Below, piece by piece: positions 28,060-37,240 of a stretch of DNA of 64,000 bases. The stretch comes from an uncultured Aureispira sp. (GTDB lineage Bacteria; Bacteroidota; Bacteroidia; Chitinophagales; Saprospiraceae), in the NCBI GenBank assembly GCA_964399855.1, contig CAYNSF010000002.1, positions 71,691 through 135,690 of the forward strand. The letters run 5' to 3'. Positions within the stretch are counted from its first letter, which is position 1; each line of letters starts with the position of its first letter. The notes under the pieces are model-generated. The model ran no database searches and was not told where the DNA came from. It worked only from the letters and a program-made list of their open reading frames with translations. The position numbers and the translations under genes are program-made.

Positions 28060-29082
28060 ATGAAAAACATAATCCTTTTTACCTTAGCGTTCCTCATGTA
28101 TGCGGGTACTACATTAGTGGCTCAGCCATTTTCAATGCCAAAACTTGATTATACTTATGACGGTTTGGAGCCTTTTATAGATGCTGAAACCATGGAAATT
28201 CATTATGCCAAACACCATCAAGCATATTTGAATAATCTCAATAAAGCAGTTACAGACGCTAAAATGACAGATTGGACATTAGAAGAGTTACTGTTAAATG
28301 CAGAAAGAAGAAGCCCTGCCATTCGCAATAATGCAGGTGGACATTATAACCACAGTCTTTTTTGGGATATCCTGTCACCCAATGCTCAAAAATCGCCAAC
28401 TGGTAAACTGTCAGATGAGATAATGTCAACATTTACCTCATTAGATAGCCTTAAAAAGTTGATGAATATCCAAGCAGCTACACGGTTTGGCTCAGGATGG
28501 GTATGGTTGTATGTCAATACAGATAAAAAACTTGCCGTTTGCTCGTCGCCCAATCAAGACAATCCAATAATGGATGCAATGAAAGATCATAGAGGTATTC
28601 CGATATTGGGAATAGATGTTTGGGAGCATGCATATTACTTAAAATATCAGAATAAGCGAGGCGATTATTTGAATGCGATATGGAATGTAGTGGATTGGGC
28701 TTCAGTAAACGATAATTACGAAGCAGCATTGAAGAATCCTTTCTTGTTGAATATAGAGAAAAACACATGGCAAGCATTGAAAGATTTTCATAGGGTCATG
28801 GCGCAAACGTTTCATCCAATGGAAGACGGAAATTATGATCCTATCCGCGCAAGATCAGGAGAAATGTTGGAAAAAGCCAGGTTGCTAAGTACTTCAGAGA
28901 TGCCAAAGTCATTCAGAACTGCATCCATCAAAGCTGCCGTCAATGAATTAGTAGTAGGAGCAGCCAGTTTAGATAAATTAGTAAAAAAGAAAGCAAAAAA
29001 CGATAAAATCAATAGCAGCCTAACTAATCTGCATGACATTTTCCACAAAATACAGGGATTGTGCAGCAATGTAGATCATTGA
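28060..29082 (+). CDS. secreted Fe/Mn superoxide dismutase fused to a ~110-aa helical C-terminal domain
   Basis: 340 aa. Signal peptide MKNIILFTLAFLMYAGTTLVAQ. SOD motifs HYAKHHQAY and DVWEHAYY. The extra C-terminal region contains FHRVMAQTFHPMEDGN and LHDIFHKIQGLC. Confidence 0.8.
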   Translation: MKNIILFTLAFLMYAGTTLVAQPFSMPKLDYTYDGLEPFIDAETMEIHYAKHHQAYLNNLNKAVTDAKMTDWTLEELLLNAERRSPAIRNNAGGHYNHSLFWDILSPNAQKSPTGKLSDEIMSTFTSLDSLKKLMNIQAATRFGSGWVWLYVNTDKKLAVCSSPNQDNPIMDAMKDHRGIPILGIDVWEHAYYLKYQNKRGDYLNAIWNVVDWASVNDNYEAALKNPFLLNIEKNTWQALKDFHRVMAQTFHPMEDGNYDPIRARSGEMLEKARLLSTSEMPKSFRTASIKAAVNELVVGAASLDKLVKKKAKNDKINSSLTNLHDIFHKIQGLCSNVDH

Positions 29083-29273
29083 TGGGTTTGAAGTTGATAC
29101 GACCATAGCATAAGGAATAAATCTTTCAGTAATATAATGATAAAACGTGGATAAGTACGACGTAATGTGTGCATCTTAAATTACTCAAAAGAAAATCAAA
29201 CCTAAGCTTGTTATATTACCGATCGATAATTTGGACTTTTTGAATTTCTAGATAGATTTGCTATGTAAAATTA

Positions 29274-30302
29274 TCACTTCCCGATTTCTTCCAAAAGCAG
29301 GTTACAGCCACGAATATCGGCAGCTGTCAGTCTTCCCGTTATTTCAAAGGAATCATCCTGATAGCAGATGCCTTGATCTTCCGTGAGTATAAAAGCACAA
29401 CTGTCTATATTGGCCAAATCCGTAACGGCGATTATCCCTGATTTGCCTTGCTTCTCACGGGACAGCGGATCATTAATTTGACGTGTGTGCACTTGGAGCA
29501 TCATATTAGGTTTGAATCTGGTCGTGCCGGATGTGTAAGCCTGAGAAAGCAATTCCGTCATACCGTATTCTGAAAAAATATTTTCAGTTCCAAGCTGTCG
29601 TTTGAGCATGTCGTGCAGCGCTTGTTTCGTGATTTCGGCTCTTTGACCTTTCATTCCGCCTGTTTCCATAACGATAAGCTCGGGAAATTGCATCGGAAAA
29701 TCGGCGGCAAAATCAAGTAAAGCATAAGTCACACCAAAAAGAACCACCGGAATATTTTGAGCTTGTGCTTTTTGGAGATGATCCGCTAAAGACTCGTGAT
29801 TGCGCAAAAAGAAGCCGCTTTGCTTGTACTTAGAAAGGTCGATGAAGTGATTGACCATACTGATAAGTGATGATCCGTCACGTTCAAGATACCCAGGCAG
29901 TAATGCAAAGAAGCAATATTCCTGTACAAGCTTAAAATACTGAGACCAAATCTTTGTTGTGTTGCTGGTATAAAAATCCACTGATTTCACAAAATGCTTT
30001 GAACGCACAGTATTGGTCGTGCCACTGCTTGTAAACATTTCTTCTGCTTCAAAGTGACCGCTTTTGACTTCGTGATATTTAAAAGCACTTATAGGCAGGT
30101 AAGGTATTTGTTCAACAGATACGATTTGAGCGGCATTTATTTTAAGATTTTGGCAGTATTCTCGATAAATTGCATTATTTTTGTATTGAAAATGAAAGAG
30201 TGATAACAGATATTGATCTCTGTCCTGTTTGGATTGGCTGGTTTGGTAGTTTTCCAACTGTGATAAAACCTGGTCTCTTTCGGTGGTAAAATGAAAATTC
30301 AT
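29274..30302 (-). CDS. LuxE/PaaK-like acyl-protein synthetase / acyltransferase family protein
   Basis: 342 aa. FQYKNNAIYREYC, IPYLPISAFK and TSSGTT segments match the Bacteroidota LuxE-like family as I recall it. Confidence 0.6.
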   Translation of the reverse strand: MNFHFTTERDQVLSQLENYQTSQSKQDRDQYLLSLFHFQYKNNAIYREYCQNLKINAAQIVSVEQIPYLPISAFKYHEVKSGHFEAEEMFTSSGTTNTVRSKHFVKSVDFYTSNTTKIWSQYFKLVQEYCFFALLPGYLERDGSSLISMVNHFIDLSKYKQSGFFLRNHESLADHLQKAQAQNIPVVLFGVTYALLDFAADFPMQFPELIVMETGGMKGQRAEITKQALHDMLKRQLGTENIFSEYGMTELLSQAYTSGTTRFKPNMMLQVHTRQINDPLSREKQGKSGIIAVTDLANIDSCAFILTEDQGICYQDDSFEITGRLTAADIRGCNLLLEEIGK

Positions 30303-30307
30303 TCAAT

Positions 30308-30853
30308 ATGTGTGCAAATTCAGTGCAAAGTAACGATTTTATATATAAATGCAGATCCACCTGTATAAAATTTTTGTTTTTGTCTTTGATTGCATTTACT
30401 TTGGCTGGATGTATTCGCGCAAATAGTTATGATGAAATCCCTCACCTTGAGTTCAGAGGTTTTTCAAAGGATAGAATAAAACAAGGAAGCAACCAGCAGG
30501 ATTCCGTCATTATGACGCTGTTTTTTACGGATGGTGATGGCAATTTTGGATCAGCTGCCAATAGTGCAGAACCAAATATATTTCTCAAAGATTTACGTAC
30601 AAATCAGATATTCAGAGAATATAAAGCACCTATAGTACCAGAGGAAGGCGCTAATAACGGTATTTCTGGCACGATCAACGTTAAGATATATACTACATGC
30701 TGTATCTATGAGCCTGCAACCGGTATTCCACCCTGTGAACCAACTGATATCTTTCCAGAAAATGTACTGCCTTTAGAAGTGTATATCAGCGATAGAGCGG
30801 GCAATATTTCCAATATCGTCAGAACAACCGACCTTATTTTGCAATGCAATTAG
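30308..30853 (+). CDS. hypothetical lipoprotein
   Basis: Lipobox FTLAGC about 35 aa into the ORF. The ATG at 30308 is only 5 bp from the divergent LuxE-like start, so the true start is probably further downstream (for example GTG at 30323). Confidence 0.5.
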   Translation: MCANSVQSNDFIYKCRSTCIKFLFLSLIAFTLAGCIRANSYDEIPHLEFRGFSKDRIKQGSNQQDSVIMTLFFTDGDGNFGSAANSAEPNIFLKDLRTNQIFREYKAPIVPEEGANNGISGTINVKIYTTCCIYEPATGIPPCEPTDIFPENVLPLEVYISDRAGNISNIVRTTDLILQCN

Positions 30854-30860
30854 GTTTTTA

Positions 30861-31110
30861 TTGTAGATTTGTCGATTTGTTTACCCTGTTGGATGTTTAC
30901 TATCCCACAAGGTGAATTTGTGGAGTTGATGTTAGTTTAAATGTTTAAGGGTGTAATTTTAATTGTTGATTTGTGGAGTTGTTAGATTTGTGGAGTTGAT
31001 GTTAGTTTAAATGTTTAAGGGTGTAATTTTTATTGTTGATTTGTCGATTTGTCGGATTTGTCGAGTTGATGTTAGTTTAAATGTTTAAGGGTGTAAGGGT
31101 TTAATTGGTT
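30861..31110. repeat. tandem repeat, ~70-bp period, about 3.5 units, G/T-rich and C-poor on the plus strand
   Basis: gagttgatgttagtttaaatgtttaagggtgtaa recurs at 30923, 30993 and 31063. Units R2 30971-31040 and R3 31041-31110. Confidence 0.85.
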
Positions 31111-31140
31111 GTCGGATGTCTGAAAAAAAATCGTCAATCA

Positions 31141-31236
31141 AAAAATCATTGCCCATTTCCCATTTCCCATTGCCCATTCTCAAATTTTCAACTTTCAATT
31201 CTCCATTCTCAATTGTCCACTGTCCATTGTCCATTC
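31141..31236. repeat. C/A/T-only low-complexity word repeats (cattgccc, catttccc, cattctcaa, ttgtcca)
   Basis: About 5 G in about 100 nt, read directly. Preceded by an A8 run at 31123-31130. Confidence 0.85.
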
Positions 31237-32088
31237 TCAATTAAAAACAGCATCCACCATATTCATTGCTTTTTCAAATTGCTCTATGTTTAGACCCGTT
31301 TCTATCTTTTCTTGTTCGAAATAAAATACTAAGTTTTCAGTGGCCATATTTCCTGTCAGATCGTCTTTTGCCATTGGGCAACCACCATATCCACGAATGG
31401 CGGCATCAAAACGTCTGCATCCGCTTTTATATGCAGCTTCTATTTTTGGCAACCAATTATTTGGTTGGGCATGTAAGTGCGCTCCGAATTCCACATCAGG
31501 ATAGGGTGGAATCAGGTTTTTAAAAAGATAGGTGATACTTTCAGGAGATGCTATACCGATCGTATCAGATAGCGCAATGATCTTTATACCCATACTGGCG
31601 ATCTTATCCACCCAATATTGTGCTATTTCCACATTCCAGGTATCTCCATAGGGATTGCCAAAACCCATAGAAATGTAGATGACGGTATCCTTATTACTTT
31701 TAAGTGCGATATTATGGATTTCTTCAACCCGGATCATGGACTCAGCTATAGTAGCATTGGTATTGCGCAATTGAAAGGTCTCTGATATGGAAAATGGATA
31801 GCCTAAGTAGTCAATCTCACTGAACTGGCTTGCGTCTTCTGCTCCACGTATATTTGCTACTATGGCAAGTAACTTGGTGCTCGTATTGTCAAGGTCAAGC
31901 ATAGACAAAACTTCTGCTGTGTCTCGCATCTGTGGTATAGCTTTTGGAGAAACAAAACTACCGAAATCTATCGTGTCATAACTTACTTTCAAAAGCTGAT
32001 TGATATAGTTAGCCTTTACTTCTGTAGGGATGAAATGATGTAATCCCTGCATAGCATCTCTTGGACATTCTATAAGTTTAACAGACAT
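31237..32088 (-). CDS. hydroxymethylglutaryl-CoA lyase
   Basis: 283 aa. The IECPRDAMQG start and TIM-barrel HMGL-like pattern, with HLH at the metal site (FGAHLHAQ). Confidence 0.8.
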   Translation of the reverse strand: MSVKLIECPRDAMQGLHHFIPTEVKANYINQLLKVSYDTIDFGSFVSPKAIPQMRDTAEVLSMLDLDNTSTKLLAIVANIRGAEDASQFSEIDYLGYPFSISETFQLRNTNATIAESMIRVEEIHNIALKSNKDTVIYISMGFGNPYGDTWNVEIAQYWVDKIASMGIKIIALSDTIGIASPESITYLFKNLIPPYPDVEFGAHLHAQPNNWLPKIEAAYKSGCRRFDAAIRGYGGCPMAKDDLTGNMATENLVFYFEQEKIETGLNIEQFEKAMNMVDAVFN

Positions 32089-32419
32089 AAAAGGCTTTTA
32101 AAAAACGGTTAAGTTTTAATTGTTTCTGAATATTAGTGAATTACTAAATATTACCAAAATACAAAAATACTAACATTTTTTTAATTATATATGTTTTCTT
32201 TGGAATCGTTTTATTCTATTGTTCTTGGTTGAATAGTCTCTATTTTATTGATATGTAAGATATTAGTATCTGTTTAAGACGTAGGAAAGTCTATTTTGTT
32301 ATATTGAATATATAGCAACATTATGGTAGATTATTGGTTGTTAATACGTATGTCCAAGGTTATATAGGTTTAATGATTTTAGTAACCAATTGGGATTAAG
32401 CAATTAAAATAAAATTGAT

Positions 32420-33706
32420 ATGAATTTTGAAAGTTTTGGATTGGATAGTCGTATTCTTGAAGCGTTAACTTATATGGGCTTTGATAATGCAACGGTTATA
32501 CAAGAAAAAGCAATACCAGAAATACTAAAAGGGTCGGATTTGATAGCTTGCGCTCAGACTGGTACAGGTAAAACGGCAGCCTTTATGTTGCCTATATTGC
32601 ATAAATTAGTTGATAGTAAGATTTCTGGAGTAAAGGCATTAGTAGTAGTACCAACAAGGGAATTGGCGATACAAATAGAACAACAAATACAAGGTTTTTC
32701 TTATTTCGTGCCTGTATCTTCGGCAGCAATATATGGTGGAGGAACGGGAAATGATTGGGAGCAAGAAAAACGTGCGTTAGAAAATGCAGACATTATCATA
32801 TCTACTCCAGGTAAATTATTAAGCCACATCAATATTAAAAATGCAAACTTTGATAAATTGCAATATTTGATTTTGGACGAAGCGGATAGGATGATGGACA
32901 TGGGTTTTTATGAAGATATTCAAAAGATCATCGTGAAGCTACCTAAAGACAGGCAAACCCTTATGTTTAGTGCTACCATGCCTGACAAAATAAGGTCTAT
33001 CGTTAAAAAAGACATGAAAAAGCCATTTGAAATTTCTATAGCAATATCAAAACCATCAGAAAAAGTTGTTCAGGCAGCATACTTGGTTAATGATCCGCAT
33101 AAAGCAAAACTAATACATCATTTAATTAAGGATAAGCCCAATTATGAAAAGATAATTGTTTTTTCATCAACCAAAAAGGCAGTACGGGATATCGTAAGAG
33201 ACATATCTGGGCATGGATACGCTGTAGAAGGGATTTCATCTGATCTTGAGCAACAGGTTCGGGAAGAAGTTTTAAATAAATTTAAGGCAAATTTGGTTCG
33301 GGTTATCGTAGCGACGGATGTATTGGCAAGAGGTATTGACATAAAAGATGTAGATTTGGTAATCAATTACAATGTACCCGGAGATGCAGAGGATTACGTA
33401 CATAGAATAGGTCGTACAGCTCGAGCTGATGCTTCTGGATTAGCAATCACGCTTGTTAATGCCGAAGAAATGTATAAATTAGCCGACATTGAGCGCGTCA
33501 TTGAAGCCGAAATTCCAAAAATAAATATTCCAAGTTCGATAGGTATAAGTCCAGAATGGAATCCTAAAAGGCAGAATGATTTTAGAAGAACTAAGAATAC
33601 AGGTAAGTTTAAACCCAATGCAACGAATAATAAGCAACATCAATCTTCGGACAATCGAAGATTCAAGAAAAAGAATAACAAATCAGGAAGTAAACCTAAA
33701 GAATAA
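32420..33706 (+). CDS. DEAD-box ATP-dependent RNA helicase with basic C-terminal tail
   Basis: 428 aa. Motif I AQTGTGKT, DEAD, SAT, HRIGRTAR. Lys/Asn-rich tail. Confidence 0.9.
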   Translation: MNFESFGLDSRILEALTYMGFDNATVIQEKAIPEILKGSDLIACAQTGTGKTAAFMLPILHKLVDSKISGVKALVVVPTRELAIQIEQQIQGFSYFVPVSSAAIYGGGTGNDWEQEKRALENADIIISTPGKLLSHINIKNANFDKLQYLILDEADRMMDMGFYEDIQKIIVKLPKDRQTLMFSATMPDKIRSIVKKDMKKPFEISIAISKPSEKVVQAAYLVNDPHKAKLIHHLIKDKPNYEKIIVFSSTKKAVRDIVRDISGHGYAVEGISSDLEQQVREEVLNKFKANLVRVIVATDVLARGIDIKDVDLVINYNVPGDAEDYVHRIGRTARADASGLAITLVNAEEMYKLADIERVIEAEIPKINIPSSIGISPEWNPKRQNDFRRTKNTGKFKPNATNNKQHQSSDNRRFKKKNNKSGSKPKE

Positions 33707-33709
33707 GTT

Positions 33710-34390
33710 TCAATAAATTGACCAATCAATGGGTGTTTTCCCGTGTAAGCTCAGATATGCATTCGTTTTAGAAAAATGCTTACAACCCGAGAAAGCATTA
33801 CCAGCAAGTGGCGAAGGGTGCGCTGCTTCCAGAATGAGATGATTGTCAGGATTTATCAAATGCTTTTTACCTTTTGCAAAGTTACCCCATAACATAAAAA
33901 CGATATGTTCAAATTGATCTGAAAGATACTTTATAGTAGCATCTGTAAAGTACTGCCAGCCAATATTTCTATGTGATGCCGCACTATTCTTTTCGACGGT
34001 AAGAAAAGCATTCAATAAAAAAACACCTTGATTGACCCATGCAGTCAAATCCCCATGAGATGGAACAGTGTATCCAACATCTTCAGCTATCTCCTTATAA
34101 ATATTTTTGAGAGAAGGTGGAATTTTAACACCTTTAGGTACGGAAAAACTCAAGCCCATCGCTTCACCCGGATTGTGGTATGGATCCTGTCCAAGTATCA
34201 CAACACGAACATCTTCAGGCTTGACAAGGTCATAAACGTTGAAAATAAGTTTGCCAGGAGGATAGATTATTTTTTTTTTGATAATACAATCCTTCAATGT
34301 AGATGATAATTGATCAAAATAGGGAGATTCAAATTCATTTTTCAATGCTTCGCGCCAGAAGGGCGAAATCTTCACTTGATCTGCATTCAT
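33710..34390 (-). CDS. ung: uracil-DNA glycosylase (family 1)
   Basis: 226 aa. GQDPYH and HPSPL motifs. Confidence 0.9.
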   Translation of the reverse strand: MNADQVKISPFWREALKNEFESPYFDQLSSTLKDCIIKKKIIYPPGKLIFNVYDLVKPEDVRVVILGQDPYHNPGEAMGLSFSVPKGVKIPPSLKNIYKEIAEDVGYTVPSHGDLTAWVNQGVFLLNAFLTVEKNSAASHRNIGWQYFTDATIKYLSDQFEHIVFMLWGNFAKGKKHLINPDNHLILEAAHPSPLAGNAFSGCKHFSKTNAYLSLHGKTPIDWSIY

Positions 34391-34408
34391 CTTGAGATGT
34401 ATAATGAA

Positions 34409-35788
34409 TTAAAACCTAAGCAAGCCTATTACCTGATCCGGGAATATTCCCGTAAGGACAATGACTATCATACTGACAACAATATATAACTTGTATGGTG
34501 TACTGAGTTGTAAAGCAGGTATATCATCACTATTTTTGACAATAGCAGCAGCTATTCGGAGATAATTGTAAGCGCCTATTACAGAGAAGACAACAGCAAT
34601 AACTGCTAACCATACATAATTTCCAATAATGGCATGGGCAATGATAAAATATTTTCCGAAAAATCCTGATAATGGTGGAATCCCTGCAAAAGATAATAAG
34701 GCGACTATAAAACCTGCTGAAAGCAACTTATTGTTTGTTATTAATCCCGCCAGACCTTCTATACTGTCTATTCCTGTTTGTGTTTTAACGGTGGAATAAA
34801 TAGAAAATCCTAAGATAGTCGCAATACTATACGCCATCAAATTGTATAGGATATAAGAAGAACTATTGTCATTGATGACGACTACTGCCAAGAATACAAA
34901 TCCGATATTGGCTATACCCGAGTACGCAAGCAATCGTTTAAAGTTTGTTTGAAGTACGGATACGATATTCCCATATATCATGGTAATAATGGAAACAAAA
35001 AGTATTAGATTTGTCCATATCGGACTATCATAGTGGCTCAGGAATATCATAAATTTGAGCATAGCACCAATTGCAGCAATTTTTACCACAGTAGAAACAT
35101 AAGCTGTCAATACTGTCGGCGAACCTTGATACACATCAGGTGCCCAATAATGGAACGGCACTGCTGAAAGTTTAAAGAACATAGCACACAAGATGAGAAC
35201 TGCTCCAAGCGTAAATAATGGAGAATCTCCCTGTGACTGTACTGCACTTACAATCTCGCCCATCTCAAAACTACCATAAGCCCCATATATCAAGGTAATT
35301 CCCAATAGCAAAACAGCTGTAAAAAATGCACCCGTAAGGAAATATTTCAGTCCGGCTTCATTGGATTCGATATTTCTACGGTTGCTTGCTGCCAATATAT
35401 ACAATGGTATAGATAGAATTTCTGTGCCTAAAAACAACATGATCAGATTATGGAATGACACCAATATGATACCACCAGTAACGGAAAATATAATCAGTGC
35501 ATAAATATCTGTCAAGTGTTCTATCTTTTCACTGTAATAATACCTACTCATGATGATCAGAAAGATCGCCGTAAATACAATGACGATACTGAAACCGGCT
35601 GAATAATTATCAAAAAGCACCATATTATTCAGGTAAGCACTGAAATCACCTTGCCAACCATATTCGAAAATAAAAAGTGATGATATTAATGTCAGCAATA
35701 TCATGGGTAAGGCCAATATTTTCAATCGGAATAGACCACAAAACATACTAAATACACCGACTGCGGCAAGTAGAATAATAGCGTTCAT
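34409..35788 (-). CDS. nuoN: NADH-quinone oxidoreductase subunit N
   Basis: 459-aa polytopic antiporter-like protein. Last gene of the nuo operon. Confidence 0.85.
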   Translation of the reverse strand: MNAIILLAAVGVFSMFCGLFRLKILALPMILLTLISSLFIFEYGWQGDFSAYLNNMVLFDNYSAGFSIVIVFTAIFLIIMSRYYYSEKIEHLTDIYALIIFSVTGGIILVSFHNLIMLFLGTEILSIPLYILAASNRRNIESNEAGLKYFLTGAFFTAVLLLGITLIYGAYGSFEMGEIVSAVQSQGDSPLFTLGAVLILCAMFFKLSAVPFHYWAPDVYQGSPTVLTAYVSTVVKIAAIGAMLKFMIFLSHYDSPIWTNLILFVSIITMIYGNIVSVLQTNFKRLLAYSGIANIGFVFLAVVVINDNSSSYILYNLMAYSIATILGFSIYSTVKTQTGIDSIEGLAGLITNNKLLSAGFIVALLSFAGIPPLSGFFGKYFIIAHAIIGNYVWLAVIAVVFSVIGAYNYLRIAAAIVKNSDDIPALQLSTPYKLYIVVSMIVIVLTGIFPDQVIGLLRF

Positions 35789-35799
35789 TTTCTCTGTTA

Positions 35800-37236
35800 C
35801 TAAGGTTGAAAGATATTAAATACAGAATTTTCACAAAGGTGGGTAATCCACGTTGAGTAAAAACCCATAAATATGATTACGAAGGCAATGCTCAAGAATA
35901 AAAATTTATCGTTGTGCTGTAAGTCCGTAAATGTACCGGTTGTATTATCCGGGCCTAACATGACTTTCCTATATGTCAATAACATATACACAGCACCAAA
36001 TATGATACTCAAGCTTGCAAGTACAAGTGACAAAACATCTGCACTAAACAAGGCGGTCAATATCATAAACTCTCCGATAAAACCATTGGTTAGCGGCAAT
36101 CCGATACTGGCAAACATAACGACCATGTACATTCCGGCAAACATCGGCATATACTGACGGATACCTCCAAATGCATCCATGTCGTGGGTTCCCTTTAACC
36201 TGTATAAGATTTGTGCTGTAAAAAGCAATCCAGATGTCACGATAGCATGGACAGCCATAAACATCAACGCACCTTGTACGCCTTCGACATTATTGATCAT
36301 CAAAGCAGCTACGATCAGACTCACGTGCGCCATAGAGACATAAGCGAACATACGCTTGATATCTTTTTGAGCCATCGCCATCAAGGTAGCGTATAATACA
36401 CTAAAAGCTGCCAATTGCATGATATAAATGCCATAGGTTTCAACAGCTTCAGGAACGATTGGTAATACGAATCTGAATATACTGTACAATGCCATTTTGG
36501 ACATAACGCCAGAAAATAATATCGTCACAGGTGCAGGCGCTGATGTATAGGTATCGGCCATCCAGCTATGAAATGGAAATACAGGTGTTTTAATTAAAAA
36601 TGCAAACATAAACGCTGCAAAAATGTACAGTTGTATATCTCCCGGTATAGGCAACCCAGTTACGGCTTCTAAGCTAAAATCAGGAGTTCCGTTAAAATTG
36701 CCGAGCCAGATGATACCTACGAGCATTAAGATACTTCCCAAGAAAGTATATAAAAAGAATTTTAGCGTCACTTTGCGAATCTGGTCATTTTTACCATAAC
36801 CCAATAACAGAAAGTACGCAGGTATAAGGACTAATTCCCAGAATATATAGTACAAAATCAAATCCTGAGCTACAAAAACGCCATTCAAAAATGCTTGCAT
36901 AGCTAATATCAAGGCGTAGAAATGATGTGGGTTTTTATATTTATCGCCCAATGAAACATATACGCTGATCAAAGCTACCACATTGGTAATCAATAATAAT
37001 AAAAGACTAACACCGTCGGCAGCCAAATGAAATCGGATACCCATAGACTCAATCCAATTCCAGTCAACACCATGGATAGCTACCGGGTTATCAAAATAGG
37101 AAGCAGTCAAAACGCCCGCAAGAACCACAGAAACAGCAGTTGATAAAACAGACAATTTCTGGCTTGCATTCCTTCCAGCCACCAAGATTAGGATAGCCGA
37201 CAATAAAGGTATTAATATCGTAAGTAGTACACCCAT
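35800..37236 (-). CDS. nuoM: NADH-quinone oxidoreductase subunit M
   Basis: 478-aa antiporter-like membrane protein. Operon position between nuoL and nuoN. Confidence 0.85.
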   Translation of the reverse strand: MGVLLTILIPLLSAILILVAGRNASQKLSVLSTAVSVVLAGVLTASYFDNPVAIHGVDWNWIESMGIRFHLAADGVSLLLLLITNVVALISVYVSLGDKYKNPHHFYALILAMQAFLNGVFVAQDLILYYIFWELVLIPAYFLLLGYGKNDQIRKVTLKFFLYTFLGSILMLVGIIWLGNFNGTPDFSLEAVTGLPIPGDIQLYIFAAFMFAFLIKTPVFPFHSWMADTYTSAPAPVTILFSGVMSKMALYSIFRFVLPIVPEAVETYGIYIMQLAAFSVLYATLMAMAQKDIKRMFAYVSMAHVSLIVAALMINNVEGVQGALMFMAVHAIVTSGLLFTAQILYRLKGTHDMDAFGGIRQYMPMFAGMYMVVMFASIGLPLTNGFIGEFMILTALFSADVLSLVLASLSIIFGAVYMLLTYRKVMLGPDNTTGTFTDLQHNDKFLFLSIAFVIIFMGFYSTWITHLCENSVFNIFQP

Positions 37237-37240
37237 GATT

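Noticed and set aside
30861-31110. Possible CRISPR array
   Set aside because: The repeat units are about 70 bp and contiguous, with no unique spacers between them. The units are not palindromic and there are no cas genes in the window. It is a plain tandem repeat.
31105-31293. 62-aa ORF with HCPF/SILHSQLS repeats
   Set aside because: It is a translation of the C/A/T word repeat and runs into the HMG-CoA lyase 3' end on the opposite strand, so it is spurious.
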